A DNA stretch of 32,037 nucleotides from Catajapyx aquilonaris (taxonomy: Eukaryota). A program made the translations under genes and the position numbers. Positions 1 through 12,328 of this stretch are shown in pieces. The notes below the pieces were generated by a model. That model saw only the letters and a list, made by a program, of their open reading frames with translations, was not told the origin of the DNA and did no database searches. The stretch is from assembly GCA_000934665.2 (NCBI GenBank), contig JYFJ02004458.1:1-32037 (forward strand), given 5' to 3'. Each line of letters starts with the position of its first letter. Position 1 is the stretch's first letter.

Positions 1-667
1 CCCCCAAACAATAAAATTCTCATTACTGCAACATAGTTACTGCATCCCGCCCTGGATGCATCCGCACGTAAACCACACTGGGCACTCTCTTTGGGTGGGT
101 GGGTGGGGATGCAGATATCAATTATAGAGTCGGTACAATAATAAGGAAGTAAATCTGACCTGGAACACAAGTTGGGGTCGCTTGCAGGACGGGGCTGGGT
201 GCATACTAAAGGAGGCGCCCNCGCCCCTCGTTTCTTGCTCCCTAGTTTCAAAAAGTTTTCCCTGCAGCCTGCAGAGGCGATGTACCCCTCAACTACGAGG
301 TGGGGCAATTAATAATAATAATACAACTAAGCAGGAAAAAAAAAACAACAACAACGGAAAAAAGAAAATGTAGCACAGTCTTGAATCGCCGCAAAGTCGC
401 GGGGTTGTGTGATGAGAGGGGCTGACTGACTCCTCTGGTCCGGTCGGGCGGGTTTGGCTGTCTTATTGGTCGATGCACTACCACCCTAAGCACCAGCACC
501 GGTTGGTAGCCCGTGGCAGGGGCGGCCCCGGACAGAGAGCCACCGCCACCATGGTTACGAGGGAGGAGGGGCAAAAAAAAATTCGTTTGAACCCGCACCC
601 GACCCTCGACCCGACCCAGCCCAGCACCTCCACCACTATGACAAGTATGACGTATTTTAGAACCTGG

Positions 668-687
668 GCTGCTGCTGCTGCTGCTGC
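668..687. repeat. (GCT)6 microsatellite in GC-rich low-complexity promoter-proximal DNA
   Basis: GCTGCTGCTGCTGCTGCTGC read directly. Confidence 0.9.
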
Positions 688-787
688 CTCCCTTCCCTTT
701 CCCCTCCCGCTGCCCCCCTCCTGGTCCTCTTCTGCCTATCACAACAGCCGCTACGCTCTCCCCTCTCCCCTAGGGTTCCCCCCTCAC

Positions 788-1050
788 CTCCCAAACTAGC
801 CTCTCTCTCCGCCAACCAAGCGACCGAAACCTACAAATCCAGCCCAACCACCACCACCGCTCCCACCCTCCCGTACGACCTACCCCCCACACGGCCACGT
901 CTCTCTCCGGCAAAAATGAAAGGCTCTCTCTCCGTACGCGGCCATACACGGAGCCCAGAGCCATCTCTCGACATCAGCAGGGAACGGCGCCTCCCTGGTC
1001 TCTGCAAGTCTACACTACACACACCGAGACGCAAATAGACGCCATTTTCC
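788..1050 (-). promoter_or_regulatory. Candidate non-coding first exon/TSS region of a minus-strand gene leaving the window on the left
   Basis: CpG-rich block; minus-strand AAAATGGCG (YY1-type motif typical of housekeeping 5' ends) near 1040-1048; donor GAG|GTGAGG after 788. No convincing ORF. Confidence 0.4.
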
Positions 1051-1975
1051 GTCCGATTGCGAATACTCCTTCCTGCTACTATTATACACTCACGGCTCCA
1101 TGGCCCATGCGTGACTACCTATGCAGACTCAGCACATTCTCACAATGCAAATTGGATCATCGGCATTGCTGGACTCACTTATTGCCAAAAGTATTAAAAA
1201 CCAAGAGAGTTAACAGACATACAGTCATACAGTTTAATTTCATCATCGACAACACCATTGAATTGTACCTACAGACCTTTTCAACGAGGCCACAACAGAT
1301 GCATCTACAGGTGCTGCTTACAAACTGAATGCAAATTTATAGGGATGATAGAATGCTGACGTTGCAATTGCCCTGCTTATTATTGACTGGTGTTAACCAA
1401 TATGACGCCAGGAGGGGATTGGGCTCTCGCCTTTGAAGTGATGCCTGATCGTAATTATTCAGGTTGACATGACATTTTGGAGAAGAAAGCATTGGTGCCT
1501 AGTCAGCCTATTATAGCCATTTGAAAACTGTCACCTCAATTGGCATAAGTACTGCAGCATATAAAAAGTCATTCATATGTCACAGGAGAGCCTGATGCAC
1601 CTCAATGTCATTGAGCAGGGGAAAAAATGTGTCTCGTTTTTTATTGTTGCTTGAGAGTGGATAGAAAAAACTGTCAAAAGGCATATTTATGCTTGCAGAT
1701 GTTAAAACTGTGACTTCAACAATATTATTATTATTATTAGGCAACAATGACATTTGCTATACGGTATTCAAACGGTGTAGGAACTCAGCATCTGGCTGAT
1801 TACCGACACAGGCGTGCATAACATGGTCACAAAATGCATATTGGCTGGACGGTCTATCCGATTTAATTGTCAGCCACGCACATGTAGCAGGAAAATAGGC
1901 TCAGAGCAGGAAGGTAGGGGATTTTTCACTAGTAATAAAAGCATCCAAAGTAATTATTTTAGTGTTTGACCAGTA

Positions 1976-2574
1976 CTGGTAGGCCCCATGCTATGATGGG
2001 GTTAGGTTCCAGCAAAACATGGCCATAATATCATAATATGCTATTAGGCCTACCGGTATATACCTAAACCTGCCACAATGCACCACGAAAAAGAACAGAG
2101 GCCTCCTATCGCATGTTTGGACTCATAGGTGTTGCAGTGATGTGCTAATGTTTCCATTTTATGTCGCTTTCAATCATTTCTTTCTAGAGACAGATTTTCA
2201 TTTCTTTAGGGTAATGATTTTGTTTTTTTAAATACCCAGTGATAGGGCCCGATGCCCTCTTAGGGGGGAAGGGGAGGTTCCCAAGGGAGGGCGCCGTGAG
2301 GTAGTCATTTCTGACATTCTTTAAGCACCAAGCATTTTATCCTGGCCCTAGGGAGAGTAGGGAATGCAATTCTGCCCCAGCATGTCCGGTGAAAAGCGGA
2401 AAATGACCCGCCCAAGCAGAGGTGACGGGGACGGGATTTGAATCACGGCCTCCCGCTTGGCTGGCCAGTGGCGTAACCACCAGACGAACATGCCTCCCTT
2501 CTTTAGGGTAATTTTGAAAAGCTCATTAATGAGAAATGTTGTAAAATGGAGTGTTGTAAATCGCGGCCTACCTG
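1976..2574. mobile_element. pogo/Tigger-like non-autonomous DNA transposon, interrupted by a SINE
   Basis: Left end TA|CTGGTAGGCC; right end GGCCTACCTG|TA (reverse complement CAGGTAGGCC, 9/10 match); TA on both sides. Family assignment is inferred from end style. Confidence 0.5.
2216..2498 (-). mobile_element. tRNA-derived SINE with perfect 14-bp target-site duplication
   Basis: Minus-strand head GGGAGGCATGTTCGTCTGGTGGTTA...GCCAAGCGGGAGGCCGTGATTCAAATCCCG has an A-box-like motif (2477-2487) and a B-box-like motif (GATTCAAATCC, 2434-2444). A-rich tail at 2218-2229. TTCTTTAGGGTAAT occurs at both 2202-2215 and 2499-2512. Confidence 0.85.
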
Positions 2575-3565
2575 TACAATTCACTCAAAACTATTGTTGC
2601 AATTAAACAAATGCTACTAGCAATAATGCTGTACACTGGCAGTGCTTTCCCAGCAAGCTCCATTCTGGTGTCAAAGTAGCCTTCATATTTCACTTCCCTT
2701 CTTTAGCCTGAACCCAAAAGCAAGCTAGTCTAGCAAGCTCTGCAGTAGTGATATGTTAGCATGCAGGTCATCTACCATAAATGCACTTGTATTTCTGGCC
2801 TACTTTGCTCCTTGGTAACAATTTTATGTACGGTCAGGTAGTTTCAGTTACTTCCGATGATGTGTGATTGATTAGGCAGAATGAGGAAAAGATAGCCACC
2901 AATTGTAGATAGCACAAGTCACATAAGGGCCTGAATATAAGTGGGCTCACATCCCATAATATATGGTTGGTCAGGGAACCCTAGTGGGCCCTCGAATGTA
3001 AATGACCAAGAGGACCTGCCGCCTCAGTGACAAAGTATCCCAACTACCCCTGCACAAAGTACAAAGTGGGTAGGGCAGACCATTTGCCCATTATCTTCTT
3101 ACTATATGATACTCTGCACTTGCCCAGTTCCTACCTCAACCCAAATGTGGGCCCCTCCCCTCCCCCTCAAGACTTGCATTACTACACTCAACCACAAGAA
3201 TTTTTCCAGTTCAACTTAAGTTTCCTAAGGTTTTCCAGAGTTCCCTCGATGTGTTAACACAGTTTAATGAATCAGTAAATATTTGTGTTACATCTCTGTC
3301 GGTGTCAACTACTCGCTTCAATAGTATGCACAATGAGTAGGCCCTCTTGCCCCATGTCCCTGGCCAGTGTGTCATCATCCACCTGTCCAGAGTTCATCCG
3401 TCCCTGAACGACCCCATCAACCTCCCCCTCCATTGCCGGATGAATTCTCCTCCCTCTCCCTCCCTCTCCTTTGCTTCCATCAACAGCCCCCCTTGCAGCC
3501 GGACAGAGTCCCCGTTCCGACAGCAGCCCCCGATTGCACACTTGCATGGCAGAGACGCAACTCAC

Positions 3566-3945
3566 CCAAAAGAAGATCACAGTCGGCTTCCCTTCGCTCC
3601 TCCTCAGCCCGAGACCAACAACCAGTGGACTAGTCCCAGCCGCCATTAAAATCACCCGATCCCCAGCTAAGCGAACGACGGGATACCACCGCGCACACCA
3701 CTCCGCGCAGGACCTCTCGTTGCCAGGTGGATAACGTACGAGTGTGCGTCTGGCCACCTTGGAGGTGGTGGCACTTTGCTTCAAAAGGCGGGCAATACCA
3801 GCCGAAGAGTGCCTCCAAGAAATGCACATGAAACAATACTCACACATTGGCGTAGATGCCGTACGTGAAGGTTACCGACTCGAATCAAAAATTCCAGCGG
3901 AATGTCGGGAGTTATCATGGTAACCTGCTTTTCTAACCAATCACG
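3566..3945 (-). promoter_or_regulatory. Second CpG-rich promoter-like block with candidate non-coding first exons
   Basis: CCAAT box near 3937; AATGGCGG on the minus strand near 3640-3647; strong donors |GTGAGT after 3844 and after 3566; all three frames after the acceptor-like site at 3989 hit a stop. Confidence 0.35.
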
Positions 3946-4616
3946 AGAAGGCTTGGATTTGTTACCAAATACAGCGGCCAAAATTCACCTGTAGTCTTGA
4001 ACCAGGCAGTTCACGGCATACATTTCAGCGTTGGCTACATGGTCATGTAGTTATAGCTATTGCAGTATTATAGCCTACACCATCCATGTAATGTATAGTC
4101 TACCTATAGACATGAGGACCAATTTTGTTCGCCTTTTCTCTGCAGGTCTGCAGCCCAACCTTCATTGAGAATTTTTCAACTGCTAAAGCAAAAAAAAGTT
4201 GCCTATATAGCTGACAGGAACATGAACAACCACTTTTCAACAACTTACGTGAGACAGTTTGCACTTTGCTAGATATAAGAAGTGTGAAGTCAATAACATT
4301 ACTCTTCAGCATACACTAATTACGCATACGAGAGTAATTTAGCGCCAAGCGGTAGTGTCTCAGTTGCCAAATATGTGCATATTTCCATATCCTTGCACGC
4401 AAATCAGCATGCATCAGGCACACGTAACTATATAGGGGACACTATACAGGCACTCGTGATCTGCAGGTTTACCGGCAAAGACACACATTGTCAAGGCAGG
4501 ATTATGAGTAAATTTCTGAAACAAATTTCATTTATTTTCTCTCATCTTACTTTTCACTCTCTCACACAATAACATGCACACAAATATTCCCTTCAATTCA
4601 CTCGAGTGCACTGCCT

Positions 4617-4853
4617 TCAAAAGTCGTCATAGGGCAGCTCCCTTGGGACATGCCCGCCCATGGAGGATACAATAAATTGTTCCGCCAACTCCCGGTCCAA
4701 ACCCGTGTAAGTCTTAGCCACATCTTCCTCTGTCACTTCTTTAGGCTTCTCTTTCGCCTTGGAATTCTCCGCAGGAGCACTCGGGAAGTCCTTCGCCTTC
4801 TTCTTCTTGTTGCTGGTGCTGACAGCTTCCTTCTGAACAGCCGTCAAAGGATC
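4617..4853 (-). CDS. CD20/MS4A-like four-TM protein, last coding exon (charged cytoplasmic tail ...TYTGLDRELAEQFI...PYDDF*)
   Basis: Acceptor tttcctttgcag|GAT, phase 0, matching donor CCG|GTAGGT at 4931 across a 77-nt intron; TGA stop at 4617-4619. Confidence 0.8.
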   Translation of the reverse strand, partial: DPLTAVQKEAVSTSNKKKKAKDFPSAPAENSKAKEKPKEVTEEDVAKTYTGLDRELAEQFIVSSMGGHVPRELPYDDF

Positions 4854-4930
4854 CTGCAAAGGAAAATGAGAGCACCTTAAACATAGAGAAAGTCATGTCC
4901 AGATGAATATGAGATAAGCTATATACCTAC

Positions 4931-5469
4931 CGGACATTCCAAAGGTCTGGGTCCCCAGGCACTCTTTGATGAGCGCAAAGCATGAGCAAGAAGAAGTCTG
5001 TGTCGGGAACGCAGCATCGCCAGCCGCTTCCTCCTTCTGCTCTTGACGGCTTCGGATTCTGGAGAAGTGCAGGCATCTCGTAGGCAAAGTGCCAGGGATC
5101 CCAGACTGGAGGAGCATCCGAGGATAGCCAGAGCGACAAGGGCTGCGTGAAGAGCCTTGACTTGCTGGACTGAATCACTGCTGGAGTCTTTGGCGCGAGC
5201 TAGTCCGGCGCCGGCAAAGACAAGAGCCAGAGAAGATGCGGACAAGGCCAGGGTGCCGGCAAGGAGCTGGGACAGCACCAGAGCGGCCTGTCCGCAAGGG
5301 GCGGCTCTTAGGGCTCCTCCCAAGGCCACCAGACCTGCTCCAAGAAGAAGCACTCCTGCCCATACCCCACCTCCCACCCAGGCCAGAGGGGCTTCCAGCA
5401 CGATGGACAGTACGCCTCCGCAGGCCAGGAGGAACCCGCTGCCCACCTGAGCTACTCCGCATACTAGTC
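4931..5469 (-). CDS. CD20/MS4A-like four-TM protein, exon encoding the four hydrophobic helices
   Basis: Acceptor ttttcag|GA (phase 1). Four hydrophobic segments, with GVAQVGSG and GGGVWAGVLLLGAG resembling the CD20-family G..Q..G and G.W.G signatures. The family call is by eye. Confidence 0.8.
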
Positions 5470-6195
5470 CTGAAAAATTATTATTTGTGAGAGACATTTT
5501 TGTTAGCACGTTTTCTTTGACAAGTAATGCATGTTTCGTGACGATTCAATAGAATTATTAGTAAATTGCCGATGCATGGTTTGCGCAATTTACTACATAC
5601 TACGTTCTCACAGCATGTCACAACAACTACCGGTATTAATCGTATATGGGTGTCTCAAGTATAGTGAGAAATCCTGTCTCCAGAGAGTCCAATCACAAAA
5701 TTTTTCAGGTGACTTTTGTCACCATAGATAAAAGTGTACATTAAAATGCATATTTGGTTCCATGAGATGAAGCCTGTCTATAACGGATACACGGAGTCAC
5801 TCTATTCACACAAAAATACCGTATTGGTCAGGTTTCCATAATAAGTACCATAAATACTGTACGTGGAACATTTTACGGTCGGACCAAACAAAAGTAGCCA
5901 GGGTCCGTTACCTTACAGACAGGTTTCACTCTACCACCTTAGCTTACAAAATAAATGGTGCCAAAGAAAATCCATTGACTCTAAGATTTCAAAAGAATTT
6001 CAATTGGAAATGTTTGAAGTGTTTCTAGCCGCACCATTACTACGGAAGAAAGCACATGACAACTTTTTGACATATTACAAAAGTGATCATTGTTCACCCA
6101 GTTGATGAATGCCGTGGAAATTTCTCCACGTTTTTGTATACGTGCCACATGAAACAATAGCGTGAGGTACAAATGTATAAAAAATGTCAACCTAC

Positions 6196-6433
6196 TGGGT
6201 AACGTGGAGCGATGTTGGTGTCGGTTGAGTAGACGATAAGGACCAGGTCTTGTGGCCCCAAGCAGGGGCGACGGTGACAAGAGAGGCGTGTGCGTAGGGC
6301 ATCCTAGGGCTGGACTAGGGGCCGTTGAAGAGCCCGAAGGCGAAGCAGGGGCTGGCACCAGCACCAACTCCGGAAGACGCAGGACCCGAGTGCTCCCACT
6401 ACCACAACTCCCGCTCTTCTTAGCCAGCGACAT
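6196..6433 (-). CDS. CD20/MS4A-like four-TM protein, first coding exon (Ser/Pro-rich N-terminus MSLAKKSG...)
   Basis: ATG at 6433 with in-frame stops upstream; donor CCC A|GTAGGT is phase 1 and matches the 5469 acceptor; joined CDS is 1014 nt = 337 aa. Acceptor ttcttgcag at 6495 implies a further upstream UTR exon. Confidence 0.7.
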
Positions 6434-9400
6434 CCTTCGATCCTTGTTGGAGCTCTTTCCCACTGCTACATCATGATTCCGTCACCCTCATACCCTGCAA
6501 GAAATATGCCCCCGGAAAGGTGGGTCCTCTAAATTGCTTATAGCAGCCAGGACCTTGCAGCACCGCGCCAATCACACGCAATAAAAATGGGCAGTAAGGG
6601 CGCGCCAGGAATGCGCCAACACCGTTCACTCTATGCCCCGCCAAGGATTCCTCCGAGCAGCCCTGACCCGCCTAAATCCGCCGTCAACAACAGGTACGGC
6701 GTAACATTTTTTTGAGTCCATGATGCAGCCAGTGTGGAAGGCGGGCTTAGCGTGGATCAAATGAGAATTTCCGGAACTTTCACCTGGCCGAGAGCCAATG
6801 GGAGAAGAAGCGCGCGGCCTGGAAAAGGACTCCTTCCGGGTCATCCTGGCAGGCCTGGAAGGTCACTACGCCATCATGCTGCCAACGAAGGCCTGATGAA
6901 TATGCTCTCGGGCGGAGAGATCTGCCCTGCCGACTAGCTCGCGGGTGCCGGTCACCCCACTTTCCCAAACATTACCACCTGTGTACAACTTGCTACTCCA
7001 CATTGCCTGGATGCCTATACGAAACCTACTTGATCAATCAATGGGCACACACCCTTCTGATCGTCGATTCACTAAGAAGAAGACTGAGGCAACACCGTGT
7101 CATGTACTCGAGTCAGCGACCTTCAGCCCGAAACTGCACAGTGTACTCCTACAGTGCACACTAACTGCTGGCCTGACTAATTAACTGCCACCTCCCTTCC
7201 CGTGTCCTCCGTCTCCAAGGACCATAACACCGTTCCTTAACTGCGGTTGTGAATTAATGTGACGCTATTCATGAAGTAATGCTTTCGCTGTCAATCAGTA
7301 TGCATTCCTTCGAACTTGTCTTTAAAAAAATGATGAAAAAAGTGCTGAAATACCGGTACACGCGACACTGATAAACCACTCTCTTGCAATTGCCCTCAAA
7401 TACTAGGTTTCCTTTTACTTTTTTATGCAACGCAGCTCTTCTTCTTTTTATTGTTGGTTGATGTCAGGATTGCAATGCCTGGGTGTACGCAAGAATTGCG
7501 TGCGGTCTATGGTTATCTTCAGGAAAAAATATCTTGATATTTGTAGAGAAGTTAAAGATTAGGGGGGAGGAGAGGAAGACTGTTGGGAAGCGACGGCCCC
7601 GAAAAAATTAACGGGCTTCCTCTTCTTTTTTGCATATCTGGAGAGATAATCGCTCTGGAACTCCTCCCCACAACAGCACTTTTTCCATTTTTTGTTTTTT
7701 TTTTGTTTTTTTGAGTAAATCCTCTTGCCATATTCTTTGCTGTTGGTTTTTGGGCTGATGAATAAGCTCCGCCCTTTTATGCATAGCCCTTTCCGGAATT
7801 CCACATATGAACTCCATAATCTTATTTTTACTGTCTCACTTCCTACTTACGTACGCCGGCCCACGTGCCGCTTTCATGTCCGCTCGAGTTATGTCAGCTG
7901 ACAAGTTCTCACCACAAACAACGTAAATCTTTTTCTCTAATTTAAAACCCGGTTCTGCATATTTATTGACTCGCCAGTTGGTGTGAATAATGCTGGGCTT
8001 TACTGCACGGGATACGATTTAAACAATCTGTTCTTAGCTTAGTTTCCGCGATTAGGAGTGACAGAAGAACAATGCATTCTTCTGTGAATTACAAAGTGGT
8101 CATCCCCATGGGTAAGCAAATACATTTTCAGGTAAGACAATAACACTACAATAAACAAGTCAGAATGTAAGTTTATGAAGTAGCCTGCGTTACTGCTTGA
8201 GGGAAAGTTCGTACTTGCACGGTATAAAAACACAGATTTATGACATTCCGGTACAAGTATTGATTGTACATTGTACTTTATTTTTTAAAACTTCCCGTCT
8301 TATGAAGTTATTATACGGCAATATTAGCCAATGTAATAAAAATACGCTTTTGCAAAAGATTGTTTTGTAATTTTGCGAATAAGAATTATTAAATGAACGT
8401 ATATTTCACAGTGATCAGCGACATACTTTCAGATCGTTAGATTGTTCGTTTTTAATTGCCGGCACTGGAAGTCATTGCAAACCGTTTCATTATATCCTAC
8501 GCGATCCTGGGATCAGCTACGAATGTTCGATAACTCTGTTGTTCACAGCAGCAGTGTCAATAAAGGCTTTGTTCAGTACGGTACTAGTATTACTGTACAA
8601 TAGTTGCCTCCGGAGCTAAGTGCTTCAGAGACTGTAGGATGATCAGAACTATTCTAAGACAAGAATGATGTGCACAATTTTATGTTGCGAATCTGAGAGA
8701 ATCAGTGTGACTGCAATTCAATTTGTATTACGGGAGCATTGGCGATATAGGAAATATAGGCTACTTTATATCACATCTCGTCTTAGCTGCCCTGCATGAC
8801 TGTGATACTTCCCTCCAGCACACAGCTACTGGCTTTCACATGTCAACTGACGTGCTAAACCGTGCTAAACACAGGGCTGTGCAATGATAAGAAAATGACC
8901 CTCCCGACAGCAACTCTTCTTTCCGTTTGACTGATCCCTGACTTCAATCACCTCTTTCAAAAAGTAATTAGCAACCACGATTAGCCGTAATACTGCACGT
9001 TACCTTAGTTCGCCGCACGTTCCGTTCCGCTCCTATCAAATATCACGACTTTGGACCTATTATTTCCCAAAGCGCACCTTTCACCCGATTGTTTCTCTAC
9101 ATAACAATCAGACGGAGCAAATGTCGTCCTTTTCGACCTCCCTCCCACAACTATACAACACCCAGACAAAATCAACGCCGGTATACTTACATGCATATCG
9201 TCCCTGGACACTAGGAATAGATCCGTCTGCAGAGGTGATGGGAGCCCGGAAAAAGAGTGGAAGGCCGGATCCACGCAGCATCAGCCAGCAAGGATGAGGA
9301 GACTCGGATAAATGCGTGGCAGCCACCAGATAGTTTTGGGGTGGAAAATGCCTGAGTAGGGGGGATGCCTTGAATGCCAAGCAGAGAGAGGGACAGTAAA

Positions 9401-11345
9401 GACTCGTCTGTTCCCTTTACCCACTTTAAGTGAAGGGGCCAAGAAAGAACGGGTGGCAGCAGTCTCCTATCAGCATGCTGGAAGGGATTTGGGGGGAAGG
9501 AAGGCAGGGGGGTGTAGGAGATTCATATGCAGCACGCATAGCAATTTTCCTAGCGGAGACTGAAATGCGACCATGGAAAGGGAAGACTTTGCTTTTTACA
9601 CCGTTTTCTACTCATCCTCAGGTTTTTTTTGGAGGACGGGCGGAGGTCACACCTAGTGTTATACAAAGTGGCCGGCCGGTTTTGTGTACCGGTATAGTTG
9701 GGGTGACAGAAGGGTAGTCAGTGCACGTTTGGTGTCAGAATGACCGTTTCGGGATCCAGTTCCAAAATTCTGACGTGTTTTTATACTTCAGAAGATTCTT
9801 GTAGCTGACTTGAAGAAGTGAGCAGTGCTGTTAACTCTACAGTTTTATTTTTTAAGAAATATAAACTGGTGGCACTACACAACCATCAGCATCATAGAAA
9901 GATGAAGCCCACCTCTCTCCAAAAGATTTTCATCATGATACAGTACGACAAACATGTAGTGTGGTATGGTAAATTATGATAAATCATTAATTAAGTCATT
10001 ACTGATAATAATTAGTGATAAAATCTCATTCGACTCGCCTATTTTGGTACGATAGACATAAGAAGGCCAGCAATTATATGGACACCCACTCTAGCCACCC
10101 CCAATATCGGAAATATGCAAACCCTATCTGATCCTTCCATGCAGATGTAGCATAACCAAAAATTATGAGTATCTTTCCCAGGAAACACAACACTTTGATC
10201 GAAGTCTCCCGATGCAGTTCTGTAGTGTAAAAATGCGTTTGTCCGAGGCCGCTTTTTCTTTTATCTACGGAAGTTCATAAAAATAGAAAGGTAGGCCTAA
10301 TAGTGAGAAGAAAGGTCACATCAAGATTATCATCATATTGATGATTGGAAAAGTGGTGTGACAGGTTTGCATATTCCGGAGGTCAAGGGGATTAAATACC
10401 CTGTGGAATCGAGTCATCAGTCAACATTTTCATTCATCGCGTCAGTGTGTTCAAGTTTTTAGTCCTTTCTTTTTTGGAGGGGGAGTTGGTGGGTTGAGGG
10501 GAGTTGTGAGACCACAAATTATGCAAATATATGACTAAAATAGTTGATATCAATATATGCTGGGAGGGGTAAGAGGAAATGTTTGTGCTATAACCTCGAA
10601 CTTTTGCATTTGGCTCAAATTTCCACCTTCATCTATGCTTTCATGTAACCTTTGATACTTTCATAACCATCAGTCAATCACATTATGTTTTCCAATGTTA
10701 TTGGATGCCATACTATACAGCACATATCTGACACTCTGCAAGTATGAATAGTTTCTTCCTTATACAGATGCATGACATATAATGCTGGAGAGTAGCTAGG
10801 CAGGGAGAGGGAGGGGTGGGAAGGGATATGATTGTTGTCAGGATATTCATGACAATGTAGATTTTTTTTAAACCTTTTGGTATCATAATGAGCATTGGGG
10901 GCTTGGGACTCTGGCATGCATTATGTATACATCAGTATGCAATTACACCAGGATTGGCGTGAATCATACCTCTGAGCAAACAGCAGACCATAACTGGTGG
11001 CATACTGGCAAAAATTTAAGATGAGAAACGTCAAGTCAATGCTGTTGGCATTTGGCAAGGAACACAGGTCTTGCTTCCCCATCTCAACACTTTTTGGCAA
11101 GCTAGTGACCAATAGACAAGTGTATTGCACAGGATTCCACAAAAGGATTAGCATTAAGTTATTAGTTATAAAGTCATGCAGAAGCTGCTTCCCAGCCCAG
11201 TACAAGTGCCTTTACGTACTACATGGGAATTGTTTGTCCTGCACTTGCAAGAGAAGAATTGCAGTGATCACGGGAGTGATGTCATAAGGAAATGGATGCT
11301 CCATGTTGCCAATCCTACTTCATGAAATATTCCACTTCTGTTATG

Positions 11346-11540
11346 CAAGGTGCATATGAATTCACCTGCCAAAATTTTATGGGTGGTATGGATGCATATG
11401 GAAGAAACATGGCATGGGTCAAAAAGTCCAGCAACATTCTCTTGATTGGAGATGCTTACTGTTGACATGGTTGACAGCACATCACCAATGTATATCCTGA
11501 CAGGAGTACAGACCCCCATGCATACCTGCCACATTGGTCG
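11346..11540. mobile_element. Degraded partial copy of the MITE at 17106-17457
   Basis: CTGCCAAAATTTTATGGGTGGTATGGATGCATATGGAAGAAACATGGCATGGGTC...GACCCCCATGCATACCTGC aligns by eye to the arms of the 17106 element. Confidence 0.6.
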
Positions 11541-12165
11541 CCTACAGCTACACTTTTTGGCCACTCCTGCTTAATAACAGTGTGACCAGGTTCAGTCATG
11601 GTGAGCCAGGAAACTTCCTGGCCAAAAGTCGTCCATGACTTATTTATACACATAAATAATTGGCATATCAGTCATATTTCACAATTTAATAAATTACATA
11701 GCAATTGTAGCAATAGCACACCTCGCAAGCAAATCAGCATGAAAAAAGCAACACTATACTGGATATTGTAATGATTATTAACATTATCATTAAACATTCA
11801 GACTTCACTTGAGCTAATCACACATCTTCACATTTTCAGGAGTAAAAATTGGCACTTCTGACTGTCACACTGGCACAGTGAAATGTAAATACTAGGTAAA
11901 TAAGTCTGATGTCCAGGTTTCCAAACACAAAAATTGTCAGGTGGTCAATGGAGGTACAGCATCGTTGGAACATTTCGCACAACCACATTTGTCACCACAC
12001 CCACGCACATTTTAACATTATTTGACACACATTGTTCAGGTCACACTGGCAGCTTTTATATTGGCACTGGGAAATGGGGCTCGCATATTTGGTCCCACAA
12101 AAAAGTGTATAAAATGCATAATAAAATGCTGTAATAAAAACACAGGCAGCTGGGTTGGTACTTAT

Positions 12166-12328
12166 TCATATGTAGGCTGGTGGTGGAGGCAGTGGAGCAT
12201 CAGCTGATACAGGGACAAATGATAGCCATCCCAGGTGGAGAAGTTCCTCTCCTTGAAGAGCCACACCAACTTCTACCACCCTCTCGCCTGAATCAGGGTC
12301 CATATCTTCTGGGACTACCTCAAAGTGC
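12166..12328 (-). CDS. ENGASE: ENGase exon 5 (last)
   Basis: Acceptor aatttcag|G matches phase-2 donor AG|GTAAGA at 14003; encodes HFEVV...VEVGVAL...LHLGWLSF...; TGA at 12166-12168. Confidence 0.75.

Noticed and set aside
293..799. Overlapping ORFs of 149 aa (-) and 108 aa (+)
   Set aside because: Low-complexity GC-rich promoter or intron sequence with a GCT microsatellite; no domain and no supporting splice chain.
2420..2498. Possible tRNA-Gly gene
   Set aside because: Acceptor stem and boxes are degenerate, and it heads a 283-bp unit with an A tail and TSD, so it is a SINE.
3305..3847. 180-aa minus ORF and overlapping plus ORFs
   Set aside because: GTG start at a splice donor and no recognisable protein features; better explained as GC-rich promoter/UTR sequence.
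6626..6968. GC-rich block with short ORFs on both strands
   Set aside because: Each frame is short or interrupted and I recognise no product; left unassigned.
7559..7817. Lys-rich minus-strand ORFs, possible transposase remnant
   Set aside because: Composition is driven by poly-T tracts; no DDE or zinc-finger motif I can support.
10108..10378. 12-bp inverted repeat AATATGCAAACC / GGTTTGCATATT
   Set aside because: Too short, with no TSD or further arm similarity, to call an element.
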